NCBI GenBank assembly: GCA_964399535.1
Contig: CAYNRE010000076.1
Coordinates: forward strand, 22,937 to 86,936
Direction: 5' to 3'
DNA from: an uncultured Pirellulales bacterium
Lineage (GTDB): Bacteria > Planctomycetota > Planctomycetia > Pirellulales > CAYNRE01
DNA length: 64,000 nt
The first letter of the stretch is position 1, and every line of letters starts with the position of its first letter. The translations under genes were made by a program, and so were the position numbers. The notes under the pieces are model-generated. The model saw only the letters and a program-made list of their open reading frames with translations. It was not told the origin of the DNA and ran no database searches. Below, piece after piece: positions 1 to 10,085 of this stretch.

Positions 1-1992
1 TGGGACGAGCTCAGCGAACTGATCCGCCGGGGCGCCTCGTTCAGCGGACACGAACGCAACTGCGCGTTCTTGAACCTGGGCCATGGCCCGTTCGCCAATA
101 TCTCGTCTGTCTCGGGAATCGACTTTGCTGACGACGGGAGAGCCCTGGGAGTGGTCGATGTCGACGTCGATGGCGATCTCGACGTTTGGGTGAGCAACCG
201 CACCGGGCCCCAACTGCGGCTGCTTCGCAATCGGCTGCCCGGGGAACGCCATTTCCTGCAGCTCCGGCTCCACGGCCGCAAGTCGAATCGCGACGCCGTG
301 GGTGCCCGGGCCGAGCTGCGGCTGCCCAGCGGCACCACGCTGGTGCGGGTAGTCCGATCGGGCGAAGGATTCATTGCCCAAAGCAGCAAAGTTCTTCATT
401 TCGGCCTGGGCGAGCACGACACGGTCGCCGGGCTCTCGATTCGCTGGCCTTCGGGATTGGTGCAAGAGCTCGCGGTTCCCCAAGTCGATCGGCGCTGGGA
501 ACTTTTCGAGGGAGACGAGCAGCTTAGCCCCTGGACACGCCCCGGCTCGCCGCTGTCCATGCCCGCATACACGGAGCCGGCCGGCGGGACCGACCCAACC
601 CACGAGCTGGCCGACGATACGACGAGCGACGGCGAACCGCGGGGAAGCCGACTGTTTCTGGCGGGCCGGATGCCGCTGCCGGTCTGCCGCCCCCGCGACG
701 CCGACGGAGAAACGCTGGAACTGGATCGCTTGCCGGGGCGGCCACGGCTGCTGGTACTGTGGGCCAGTTGGTGCCAGCCGTGCCTGGCGGAACTCAAGAG
801 TCTGGTTCGCGCCCGCGACCAACTCGAAGCAAGCGGGCTGGATGTGCTGGCCATGTCGACCGATGCCGCCGATGGCGCGGGCGATGGCCTTACCCAAGCC
901 CGGGCAGCGCTTGAGCGGCTCGAGTTCCCTTGGCCCAGCGTTTACGCCGATTCCGAGCTACTGGCGCGCCTGGAACTTGCGCTGCGGCACTTAAGCGATC
1001 GATGGCGCCCGCTGGGGGTTCCCACCAGCCTGCTACTGGACCGACAAGGCTGGATCGCCGCCGTGTACTTCGGCCCGGTCGAGGTTGAGCAGGTGCTGGC
1101 CGATGCGCAACGGGTCGATCTCGACCCCGTGGAACTCAAAGCGCATGCCGTGCCGTGGCCTGGCCGCTGGAGCTACTCGACCTATCGGGTTGACTTGGCC
1201 AAGCTGGCGGGCGAAATGCTCGAAAAGGGCTCGCCGGCCGATTACCTGCGGTACCTCGAAGCCGACTTCCTGTGGTACCAGCGGCTGGGAGAAAACGCCT
1301 CCGAGGCCGACGTCGCCGCGGCCCGCAACCGCCTGGTCGAGGCCCTGGAACGGTCCGCCCGCGACGCGCTGGCCGAAGGTCGCCCGCACGAAGCGGCCTC
1401 GGCTTTCGCCCAATTGCACAAACTTGCGCCGGACGACGCCGACATCTGGAACAACTGGGGAACCACGCTGGGGCTGAGCGGGCAATGGGAACAAGCGGCC
1501 CATGCCTTCCGCGAGGCTTGCCGCCGGAACCCCAGCCACCGCGAGGCAACCACCAACCTGGCGGGCGCCTTGGAGCGGCTGGGCGATTCCGCGGCCGCGG
1601 CATCGCAGTACGAAGCCATCGTGGCCGTCGACCCCCAGGCCCGCACTGCCCGGAACAACCTGGCCTGGTTGCGGGCCACTCACGCCGACGAGCGCCTGCG
1701 CCGCCCCGACGAGGCCACGCGGCTGGCGGAGGATCTTTGTCGCGAGACCGATTTCCGCCACCCTGGCTATTTGGATACGCTGGCCGCGGCCTACGCCGCT
1801 CAGGGCCGCTACGACCGTGCGAGCGATGTGGCGGCCAGGGCCGTGGAACTGGCCCGAAGCGACCAACCCCAACTGAGCGCCGCGATCGCCGGACGCCTGG
1901 AGCTTTACCGTCAGCGTCGCGCGTACGTTGCCCAGCGCGAGCAGAACCGATTGTCGCCCGCGGCGGCGGCCAGCCCGACTTCGGAGCCCTAA
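1..1992 (+). CDS. 5'-partial FG-GAP/ASPIC-UnbV (CRTAC1-like) protein with TlpA-like thioredoxin domain and C-terminal TPRs
   Basis: Frame 1 is open from base 1 (WDELSELIRRGASFSGHERNCAFLN...), so the gene starts upstream of the window rather than at the TTG at 70. Motifs: DVDVDGDLDVWV (FG-GAP), NRDAVGARAEL/GEGFIAQSS/LHFGLG (ASPIC/UnbV), WASWCQPC (thioredoxin fold), WNNWG/RNNLAW (TPR). Confidence 0.85.
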   Translation, partial: WDELSELIRRGASFSGHERNCAFLNLGHGPFANISSVSGIDFADDGRALGVVDVDVDGDLDVWVSNRTGPQLRLLRNRLPGERHFLQLRLHGRKSNRDAVGARAELRLPSGTTLVRVVRSGEGFIAQSSKVLHFGLGEHDTVAGLSIRWPSGLVQELAVPQVDRRWELFEGDEQLSPWTRPGSPLSMPAYTEPAGGTDPTHELADDTTSDGEPRGSRLFLAGRMPLPVCRPRDADGETLELDRLPGRPRLLVLWASWCQPCLAELKSLVRARDQLEASGLDVLAMSTDAADGAGDGLTQARAALERLEFPWPSVYADSELLARLELALRHLSDRWRPLGVPTSLLLDRQGWIAAVYFGPVEVEQVLADAQRVDLDPVELKAHAVPWPGRWSYSTYRVDLAKLAGEMLEKGSPADYLRYLEADFLWYQRLGENASEADVAAARNRLVEALERSARDALAEGRPHEAASAFAQLHKLAPDDADIWNNWGTTLGLSGQWEQAAHAFREACRRNPSHREATTNLAGALERLGDSAAAASQYEAIVAVDPQARTARNNLAWLRATHADERLRRPDEATRLAEDLCRETDFRHPGYLDTLAAAYAAQGRYDRASDVAARAVELARSDQPQLSAAIAGRLELYRQRRAYVAQREQNRLSPAAAASPTSEP

Positions 1993-2001
1993 GGATTCGC
2001 C

Positions 2002-5000
2002 ATGCCCTCCGCGTCGGAACCCTCCGGAACGCCGCACCGCGGTCGACCGCTTCGCGCGGCGAGCGCGATCGCGCTGCTTCTCGCGGGCCTGGCGCTGCTG
2101 GCCTGGGCCCGTTTCCCCATGCGGGGTCCGGGGAGGCCACCCGAGCCGACCGCGGGCACGGCCCGGCCAGAGGCCAAGCCCCCAGCGGGCACCCCCGCCG
2201 ACCCGACCAGCCTGGCTCGCCCGGCCGAGTCGGCCGCTAGCGGCTTGGCCGCGGCTCCTAGTGCGATCGCCGACGCCGCATTCCAACAGCGCGATAATCC
2301 TCTGGCCGATGGCTGGACCAGCGAAGCGGTGGGGAGCGCGGCGGCGGCGCAACTGGCTCGGCTGGCCCGGCTACTGTCACGGCCCCCGACCGAATGGGAG
2401 GCCGGACTGGCCGAGCTGGTTGCCGAATCGTGGTCGCCCCGGCCGCTGCGGCCGGCCGAACGGAAGCTGGCGTACCAGGCCAAAGGGGTGCGCGTGTTTC
2501 GCGGCGAAGTTCTCACGGGGGACCCACCTCGCGGGCCGGCCCTTACCGGTGGCGCGGCAGCGGCACCGGCAGCAGCGGCGGAAGCACTCGGCCGCCTGGC
2601 CGCCCCGCTGCTGGAGCGGGGTCCGCTTCGGGTCGAGTTCAAACTTTACGAAGTGGAATTGGCCGAGGGGATCGCCAGCACGCGGGTGTACGCCGATTGG
2701 CTTGCCGCCAATGACGATGGCTCGCGGCAGCTTCACGTCGGTTGGCGTTGCGATTGGGCGCTCGGCGCAACCGGCGCCCCCCCGCGCTTGTCCGGCATTA
2801 CCGTCGAGGAGTTCCAAGAGAGCGAATTCCTCGGGCCGGGCCCGCATCCCTGGGCCGACGTCACCGCCGACCTGCTGGGTAGTCAGCCGGCGTTTCGGGA
2901 TCAGCTTCGAATTGGAGTGGTGGGTTGGGCCGAGCGACTGCCGACCGCCCTGGGCCAGGACATTTTCGAGCAACAAGGGCTCGCCATCGGCGATGCCGAC
3001 GGCGATGGCCGCGACGACGTTTACGTCTGCCAGCCGGGTGGGTTGCCCAATCGCTTGTTTCTTCACCAGCCCGACGGGAGTGTCATCGAAGCAGCGGCCG
3101 AGGCCGGGCTCGACTGGCTCGATTTCACCCGCAGCGCCCTCTGGGTCGACCTGGAAAACGACGGCGACCAGGACCTGGTCCTGGCGTTTGCCAGCGAGGT
3201 CGCCACGTATGAAAACGTCGGCGGCGGGCGGTTTCGACCGGCCCAACGCTTCGCCACCGAGGGACGACCCAACGGACTGGCCGCGGCCGACTACGACCGC
3301 GACGGCCTCGTCGACTTGTACGTGGCCTGCTACGGTTCGGGCTACGCCGGCCTGGGCGGAGGCTGGATTCCGCTGCCCTATTTCGACGCTCAGAACGGGG
3401 CCGCCAACTATCTCTTGCGCAACCAGGGGGGGCTGGCCTTCGTCGATGCCACCCGGGCCACGGGGCTCGACGCCGGCAACCAGCGCTGGAGCTACGCGGC
3501 GGCCTGGGAGGACTACGACCGCGATGGCGACCCCGACCTGTACGTGGCCAACGATTTCGGCCGCAACAACCTGTACCGCAACGACGACGGCTTTTTTGTC
3601 GACGTCGCCCGCTCGGCCGGGGTGGAAGATATCGCCAATGGAATGTCGGTCAGTTGGGGCGATTTCAATCGCGACGGCCGGGAGGACCTGTACGTCGGCA
3701 ATATGTGGTCGTCGGCCGGCAATCGAATTACCGTGCAGCGGCAATTCAAACCCGACCTGAGCGATGCCGACCGGGCTCGCTACCAGCGCCTGGCCCGCGG
3801 AAACAGCCTCTTCGCGGGAACTCAAACCGGCGCGTTTCACGACGTGAGCCTGGCCGCCCATGCAACCGTGGGGCGTTGGGCCTGGAGTTCGCTACTGGTC
3901 GACTTCAATAACGACACCTGGCTCGATCTGTTGGTGGCCAACGGATTCATCACCAACATTCAGACGCACGACTTGTGAAGTTTCTTTTGGCGACAGGTCG
4001 TGTCGCGCTCAACCACCGCGGTCGAAGATCCGCGAACCGCCACCTACTACCAGGCCCTGCTGCAGCTCGACCGGCTGGTACGCGGGGGGGCCTCGTGGAG
4101 CGGTCATGAGCGCAATGTCTGCCTGCTCAACACCGCCGACGGCTCCTTCGCCGACTTCTCCTCGGCGAGCGGCTTCGACCTGCTCGACGATGCCCGGGCC
4201 ATCGGCGTGGTCGATTGGGACGGCGACGGCGACCAGGATTTGTGGATCAAGAACCATTCCGCGCCCCAGTTGCGATTTCTCGAAAACCGCTGGCCCGGCG
4301 GCGGCCACTACTGCGCCGTGCGGTTGACCGGGCAGCGCTCAAACCGCGACGGCATCGGGGCCCGAGTCGAAGTCGACCTGGGAGACGGTCGAGCCCCCCT
4401 GGTACGCAGCCTGCGAGCCGGCGAAGGGTATTCGTCGCAAGCCAGCAAATGGATCCATCTGGGGCTGGGAGGCCGCGCCGACCCGGTTCAATTAACCATC
4501 TTCTGGCCGAGTGGCACCATCGATCGGATTGCCGACCTGGCGGTCGACCGCCGGTACACCGTCGACGAGGGGAGCGGTCGCGCCGTTCCCTGGACCACCG
4601 GCGACGATTCCCGCGGGCTAAGCGCGCTGCCGCTGCCGGCCGAGCCCCCCCGGCCAGCCACGGAGCAGAACGTAGCCTTTCCCGCCCCCCTGCCCGACCT
4701 TCGCTTCCGCGATTCCAGCGGCGAAGTGCAATCGGTCCGGGCCGCGGGGAGGCCCCTCTGGATTCAGCTCTGGGCCAGTTGGTGCCAACCCTGCCTTGAA
4801 GAGTTGCAAGCCACGGCCCGAGCGGCCGAGCCGCTTCGTCAATCATCGCTCGACGTACTGGCCTTGAACCTGGAAACGGCCGGCCCCGATCCGGCGGTCG
4901 AACTGCGCCCCGGAGCGGCCGTACTGGAGCAGCTAGGCTGGTCGGCAGGGGCCGGTTGGGCGCTGCCCTCGGTGGTCGAGAAGCTCGAACTTTGGTCGCG

Positions 5001-5973
5001 AACCTCGTATTACTTCGACCGCCCTTTGGCGCTGCCCGCCAGCCTGTTGGTCGACGCCGACAATCGCTTGGTTGCGGTCTACCGAGGCGCGGTGGGGCCC
5101 CAGCTGGTGTTGGCCCGGGCGGCCCAGCTCGGTGCCCAAGCCGAGTTCGCAGGACCGCGGGGGTTGCCCTTTGCGGGTCGCTGGCAGGAGCCACCCGGCC
5201 GCGGCGCCTGGCTCGATCTGGCCGGCGCCTTTCGCCAGGCTGGCTACCGACCCGACGCGCGTCGCTACTACGAGGCCGCGCTGGCGATCCCCGCGACGGG
5301 TCCGAGGGCCGACCTCGAGAATCAATCGGCCCGGGCAGCGCTCGTCGACCTGACCTGGCAAGACGCACTCGACGAATTCGGCATTGGGCACATCGAGCAG
5401 GCCGAATCGCTGCTGCTGCGCGTTTTGGAAATGCAGCCCGACCACGCCGAGGCCCGATACCGCCTGGGCAGGCTGGCCGCGCATGTCCACGATCACGAGG
5501 CAGCCAGGCAGCATTACCGCGCGGCGCTGGCGCTCGAGCCCAAGCACGTTGGAGCCATGGCGAGCCTGGGGCTAAGCCTGCTCCAAGACAACCAGGTCGA
5601 CGAAGCCTTTGCCTGGTTCCGACAGGTTCTGGCGGTGACCCCGCAGTTTCCGGAAATCCAGGCCGCGATTGCTTGGACTCTGGCGACCCACGCCGACCCC
5701 GATCGTCGCAACGCCCGTGACGCGGTGATGATCGCGGAACACCTCTGCCAAAGCACTCAGTATCGGCACTACCCGTACCTTGATCTCTTGGCGGCTGCCT
5801 ACGCCGAACAAGGCGACTTCGCCCGGGCAGTCGAGTTGGCCGACCAGGCGGCCGAACTGGCCGCGGCGGCCGAGTCCGCCCAGCAGGCAGCGGCGATTCG
5901 CGAGCGGGCGCAGCGTTATCGCGAGGGCCAGCCGTATCGCCAGCCCGCGGCCGGCGCGGCCGCGGCGCCCTGA
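2002..5973 (+). CDS. Probable selenoprotein (UGA at 3976-3978 read as Sec, residue 659 of 1323): N-terminal membrane anchor, FG-GAP repeats, ASPIC/UnbV domain, thioredoxin-like WCQPC domain, TPRs. The alternative annotation is two ORFs, 2002-3978 and 4000-5973.
   Basis: ORFs 2002..3978 and 4000..5973 share a frame. The 21 nt between them read SFFWRQV with no stop. The FG-GAP/ASPIC fold continues across the TGA, the GTG at 4000 has no SD sequence, and a SECIS-like hairpin follows the TGA. Confidence 0.8.
3976..4006 (+). promoter_or_regulatory. UGA codon plus bacterial SECIS-like element (selenocysteine insertion sequence)
   Basis: TGA(3976-3978), 11-nt spacer AGTTTCTTTTG, then stem GCGACA(3990-3995) / loop GGTCG / TGTCGC(4001-4006), a perfect 6-bp stem. 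It has the same 11+17 layout and CAGGUC apex as the E. coli fdhF SECIS minihelix. Confidence 0.75.
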
Positions 5974-6016
5974 CCGGTCGCCGGATCTCGCCAGGCCCTC
6001 CGGCGGCTTTCTGCGG

Positions 6017-8281
6017 TTATTGGCGCGGCACCTGGCGCCAGTCGGGACGCGGGGGTACGGCGGCCCCCAAGCTGCCGCGCCGCAGGGCGTAGTACTGCTC
6101 GATCGGCCGATCGTCCGACAGCGCCGCCACCGGGGCGCCCGCCAAAAGCGCCCCCGGGTTGGCCTCGCGGGCGAGAATGCGGGCAGCCAGGCTGTCGAGC
6201 GTTTCCCCCGGGCTCCAGGCCAACAAATCGGCCTGTGCGGCCGCGGGCATGCGAGCCGCCATGGCCCGGGGCGATATTTCCGGAAACGGCTGGTTGGATG
6301 CCAGGTAGTGCATGCCCGTGCCCTCGTACGCGCGAAATACTCGGACAAAAGCAAACGAGCGGCTCATCGCCGCCAGCACGGCTCGCCCCACGGCGGGCTC
6401 GCTCTCCGGCATCCAAAGCTGAAACACGCCGCTAGGCGACAGGCGAGCCCCCGCCTGCGCAAAAAACTCGCTCGATAGCACTTGAGTCGCCCCGGGCCAC
6501 TCCAGCGGGCGAGGCGGATCGACAACGATCAGGTCGAACGGTTCCGGCCAGCAACGCAGAACGCGGCGCGGGTCGTCGTTCACCAGCCGCGGGGCCGAAG
6601 CCGACTGGTTCGTTTCCCACGCTTGCTGGTCGCGAACCACGGCGAGCAGCGCGGGAGACGCGTCGACCACCAGCAGGTCCATTCCCCAGCTTTTCAGGCT
6701 GCGAACCCCGGTCCCCAGGCCGGCTCCGATCACCAGGCCGCGCCGCGGTAGTTCTCGACAAAGACAACCCGCCAGATGCACGCTTACCTTGTCGAGTTGA
6801 TCGGGCCGCGCTCGGCCGACTCCGCCGATGGCTAGCCCCGAGGCGCTCTGGCCGGGTTCGCCAAACACCACGGCGGTTACGCGGGCATCGCGGTACACCC
6901 GGCAACCCTGCGCGACGACAAACGCGTCGAAGCTTTGGGCTCCGGCGAACACCGCCACGAACAGACCCAGCCCAAGCAGGCTGGCCGCGATCCACCGTGG
7001 GCGGAGCGTGGCTTCGAGCCACCAGGGAATACTTGCCGCCAGGGCCGCCCCCAGAATGACCGCCGCGCCGCTGGCGTAAGGAAGCACGCCCCAGCACAGT
7101 ACCAGCGAGCCGGCGAGCAGTCCGCCGGTCCACCAGGCCAGGCGGCTGCAGGCCTCGGAAAGCAGACAACCCCGCGGACCTTCCAGGGCGTAAACCGTCA
7201 GCCAGCCGAGCCCGATTCCAGCCGGGCACCCGGCCAAACAAGCCGCCCAGGGGGGCGCCGACCGGCGGGGGTCGCCCACGACGACAATCAGCGCCAGGGC
7301 CATGGCGGTAAACAGGCAAGCGCTGCCGGGGCGCGGCAAAACGCCCCGCCCGGCCCCTTGGCGCGCGGCCCAGCCCATTCCCAGGGCGAAGGCGATTCCG
7401 GCACCGATCGTCAGCGCGGCGCGGAAATACACCGTGGGCAACAGGAGCAAGTCCAGCGCGCGCCAGGTAGCTAAGCTCCAGCAAGCGACCAAGATTCCTG
7501 CGCCCATCCAACCCGCCGGCCCCAGCAACCGGCCACCGCGCTCCCTCGGGCCTTCGCGCGGCGCGAAGCGATCCGCGTCTTTCGACTTGCGGCGCGATGA
7601 ACGCGACCGCCGCGGCGCGCCCGTAAGACCGCCGAAACCGGCCAGCAGCATTGCGGCCAGATGCAGCCCAACCGCCGCCCAACCCAAACGAGTGAACCCC
7701 CCCAGCTCAATCAAGGCGAACTTCGCGGCGGCAAACCCCGTTAGCCCACCGACCAGCGCGGCCAGGGCGACCAGGCTCAGGCGGGGAACGCCGGCTTCTC
7801 GCTCCGCCGGCACGACCTCGGCCGCGGCCCGTAGCGTGGCCCCCGCCACGGCGCCCAGCAGCGCGGCCACGGCGCCGGCGCACAGAACTGCTCCCCAGGA
7901 GGTACACGGCAAGGGTCCCGAACCGGCCCAGGGCCAGGGTAGCCCGGCTGGCCACGGCAGGGGGAGCAAAAACGCGATGGCAAAGGCAAGGGCTCCGCCA
8001 CCTAGCCGTGCGGCCAATCGGCGACGGGCGGACGAAGCATGGGCTTGGCCGCGACGACGCCGCGCGGACCACCATCGAGCACCCCACGCGCTTCCGGCGC
8101 CGATTCCGCCCAGCGTCGCCAGCTCCACTGCCAGGGTCTGACCGCAGGCGGCCTGGATTCGGTTCCAAGCCAGCAGAAACTCTCCGGCCCAGGCCGCGCC
8201 CGCGGCGCCGCAAACGAGCAGAAGTGGCAGTGCCGCGCTTTTGCCCGGTTCGACCGAAGTCAACGGCGAGGGGTTCGACAT
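6017..8281 (-). CDS. Multi-pass membrane protein fused to a spermidine-synthase-like SAM-dependent methyltransferase domain (~754 aa)
   Basis: Many hydrophobic helices are followed by GLVIGAGLGTG (motif I), FDLIVVDPP and SSEFFAQAGARLSPSGVFQLW. The start is moved to ATG 8281 because the upstream in-frame extension overlaps the cytochrome gene. Confidence 0.75.
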   Translation of the reverse strand: MSNPSPLTSVEPGKSAALPLLLVCGAAGAAWAGEFLLAWNRIQAACGQTLAVELATLGGIGAGSAWGARWWSARRRRGQAHASSARRRLAARLGGGALAFAIAFLLPLPWPAGLPWPWAGSGPLPCTSWGAVLCAGAVAALLGAVAGATLRAAAEVVPAEREAGVPRLSLVALAALVGGLTGFAAAKFALIELGGFTRLGWAAVGLHLAAMLLAGFGGLTGAPRRSRSSRRKSKDADRFAPREGPRERGGRLLGPAGWMGAGILVACWSLATWRALDLLLLPTVYFRAALTIGAGIAFALGMGWAARQGAGRGVLPRPGSACLFTAMALALIVVVGDPRRSAPPWAACLAGCPAGIGLGWLTVYALEGPRGCLLSEACSRLAWWTGGLLAGSLVLCWGVLPYASGAAVILGAALAASIPWWLEATLRPRWIAASLLGLGLFVAVFAGAQSFDAFVVAQGCRVYRDARVTAVVFGEPGQSASGLAIGGVGRARPDQLDKVSVHLAGCLCRELPRRGLVIGAGLGTGVRSLKSWGMDLLVVDASPALLAVVRDQQAWETNQSASAPRLVNDDPRRVLRCWPEPFDLIVVDPPRPLEWPGATQVLSSEFFAQAGARLSPSGVFQLWMPESEPAVGRAVLAAMSRSFAFVRVFRAYEGTGMHYLASNQPFPEISPRAMAARMPAAAQADLLAWSPGETLDSLAARILAREANPGALLAGAPVAALSDDRPIEQYYALRRGSLGAAVPPRPDWRQVPRQ

Positions 8282-8306
8282 TCGGGTGCGCTCCGCCCGC
8301 CTGGCC

Positions 8307-9767
8307 TTAGAAACCTGCGTCGCCCGGGGAAGGCGATGCGGCCGGTTCGCCGGAAGATCGACGCTCTTCGGCCGCTGAATCTGTCTCGCCGGGCACGGTT
8401 TGCGCCTCGCTCTCCCACAACCGCAAGACTCGTTCCGCCAGCTCGCGATCGATTCGGATCTGATGATCGCGCATTCGCAACGGGGCAAGGTTGTTCTGGT
8501 CCGGCGTGTTGAACGTGATGTCGCTGATCGACTCGACCTTCGAGAGATGACAGTCGATGCAGTTCGCTCGCCCCCGAGCGCCCGCCCTGGGGAGCAAGCC
8601 ACACGATTCGACCTGATGGCAGCGCACGCAACGAGAAGAATACGCGGCCAGGTCGCCGCGCTGCCGGGCATGGGGGTCATGGCAAGAGGTGCAGGTCAGT
8701 TCCTCGCTGGCCTGAAAGCAACGCGACCGGCACAGCCGAGGCAACTGGTTGTTGCTATGCAGATCCAGCCGGGCCTGTTCGATCTCCGAGCCAAGGTCGA
8801 CATACTCGGCCAGCACGTCGCCGGGGCGAAAATCGAACGCGGGGCGCAACAGCCGGCCCACCGCGGAGTGGCACTGACCGCAAATTTCCAGTTGGCGCAT
8901 CCGCGGCAGCCGCACCGGATTGACGATCGCCCTGCCGGTTTTGTCCTGAGGGTTGCCCTGGTGCCAGGCAGCGTGCTCGCTTCCCGGCCCGTGGCACCGC
9001 TCGCAGGAAACCCCCAGCAACGCCTGGCTGCGTGTATAGGTGTTCGTCGTTCCCGGTTCGTATTCCAGCCAGGTCGCGTGGCAATCCAGGCATCGCGGAA
9101 TGATCGGCCGGTCGAACCAAACCTGGCCATCGACATAGTTGGGGCTGTTCACCCAGGCGTCTAAGCTCGAGAGATAGGTAACCGGCATCTGAAACAATTG
9201 GTTCTCGCGCCAGTAAAGGTACGATTGTCCCAGCTTGCCGGAACCAGTGACGATGTCGATTCGCTCGCTGCGCCGCCGGGGCGGTTGGCCCTCGACCGCC
9301 GTTTGGTACCAACCGTCGTCGCGGCGCGTCATCTCAAACCAGACGTCGGGGCGACGGGTGTTCATCCGCTGACCGGGCCCCGTAAAATCGCCGAGCAAGC
9401 TCTCCTCCGAAGGCCACCGCGACGTTTGCGCGTGCGAGGTGTGGACGTACGAGGCGTAGTACGCGGCGTGGCAGCCTTGGCACGACTGGGCACCCAGGAA
9501 GCGGGCCTTTCGCAGCCAATCGCTTGGCGGCGCTGCCCGAGACGCGCCGCCCCCTGCCGCCGGCTCGGCCCACACGTTCCGAGGCCCCCACCCGGTCCGA
9601 GGCCGCCACAGGGTCCGGGCAGCTCGGTCGTCGCCGGTCCCCAAGCCCCAGGCCAGGAGCACCGCAACGGCTACGCACGCGCCCCCCACCCACCGGCCCG
9701 ACCCGCCTCGCCCAGCGGAGCGGCCGGGTGCCAGGCCTTGGTCGATGTTGCGTCGCCCTGGTCCCAT
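8307..9767 (-). CDS. Multiheme c-type cytochrome (7 CxxCH motifs) with N-terminal hydrophobic anchor/signal
   Basis: Motifs CQGCH, CLDCH, CERCH, CGQCH, CTSCH, CVRCH, CIDCH, plus an extra CRSRC. The start is uncertain (ATG 9767 chosen; the ORF is open to 10010). Confidence 0.85.
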   Translation of the reverse strand: MGPGRRNIDQGLAPGRSAGRGGSGRWVGGACVAVAVLLAWGLGTGDDRAARTLWRPRTGWGPRNVWAEPAAGGGASRAAPPSDWLRKARFLGAQSCQGCHAAYYASYVHTSHAQTSRWPSEESLLGDFTGPGQRMNTRRPDVWFEMTRRDDGWYQTAVEGQPPRRRSERIDIVTGSGKLGQSYLYWRENQLFQMPVTYLSSLDAWVNSPNYVDGQVWFDRPIIPRCLDCHATWLEYEPGTTNTYTRSQALLGVSCERCHGPGSEHAAWHQGNPQDKTGRAIVNPVRLPRMRQLEICGQCHSAVGRLLRPAFDFRPGDVLAEYVDLGSEIEQARLDLHSNNQLPRLCRSRCFQASEELTCTSCHDPHARQRGDLAAYSSRCVRCHQVESCGLLPRAGARGRANCIDCHLSKVESISDITFNTPDQNNLAPLRMRDHQIRIDRELAERVLRLWESEAQTVPGETDSAAEERRSSGEPAASPSPGDAGF

Positions 9768-9988
9768 GTCCGGCCTAGAAGGAAGAGAGTCGCTTGCCGC
9801 AACAGGTCGTGCGCACCGCCTGCACGTCACCCACCGGCAACCGACGAACTCGATTCTAGTCGGCCGGGCCGGGCTGCGCGAGCCATACCGGGCGGTTTCC
9901 GGCCCCCCCGGGGGTTGGCTGCCGTGGGCGATGCGGCCCGGCGGGGGGTCGAGCCACGATTGGCTCGGCACCGGGCCCGCGGTCGGTT

Positions 9989-9994
9989 TATAAT
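9989..9994 (+). promoter_or_regulatory. Possible sigma70 -10 box for the TPR gene
   Basis: Perfect TATAAT in an AT-richer divergent intergenic gap about 90 nt upstream of ATG 10086. No convincing -35 box. Confidence 0.35.
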
Positions 9995-10085
9995 CCATGG
10001 TAACGAACACAGCCGATCGAGTGAGCGGTGAATTCTTGGGGGATCGCCGCGCGATGGCTGATTAGGTGCGGGGCGCGTCCGTCGT

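Noticed and set aside
4000-5973. Independent 657-aa gene starting at GTG 4000
   Set aside because: The GTG has no SD, lies inside the SECIS-like hairpin and falls mid-domain. UGA readthrough explains the region better, though it is not proven.
8282-8680. N-terminal extension of the 887-aa ORF
   Set aside because: It overlaps the cytochrome c gene in another frame and is Arg/Ser-rich junk. ATG 8281 is the more plausible start.
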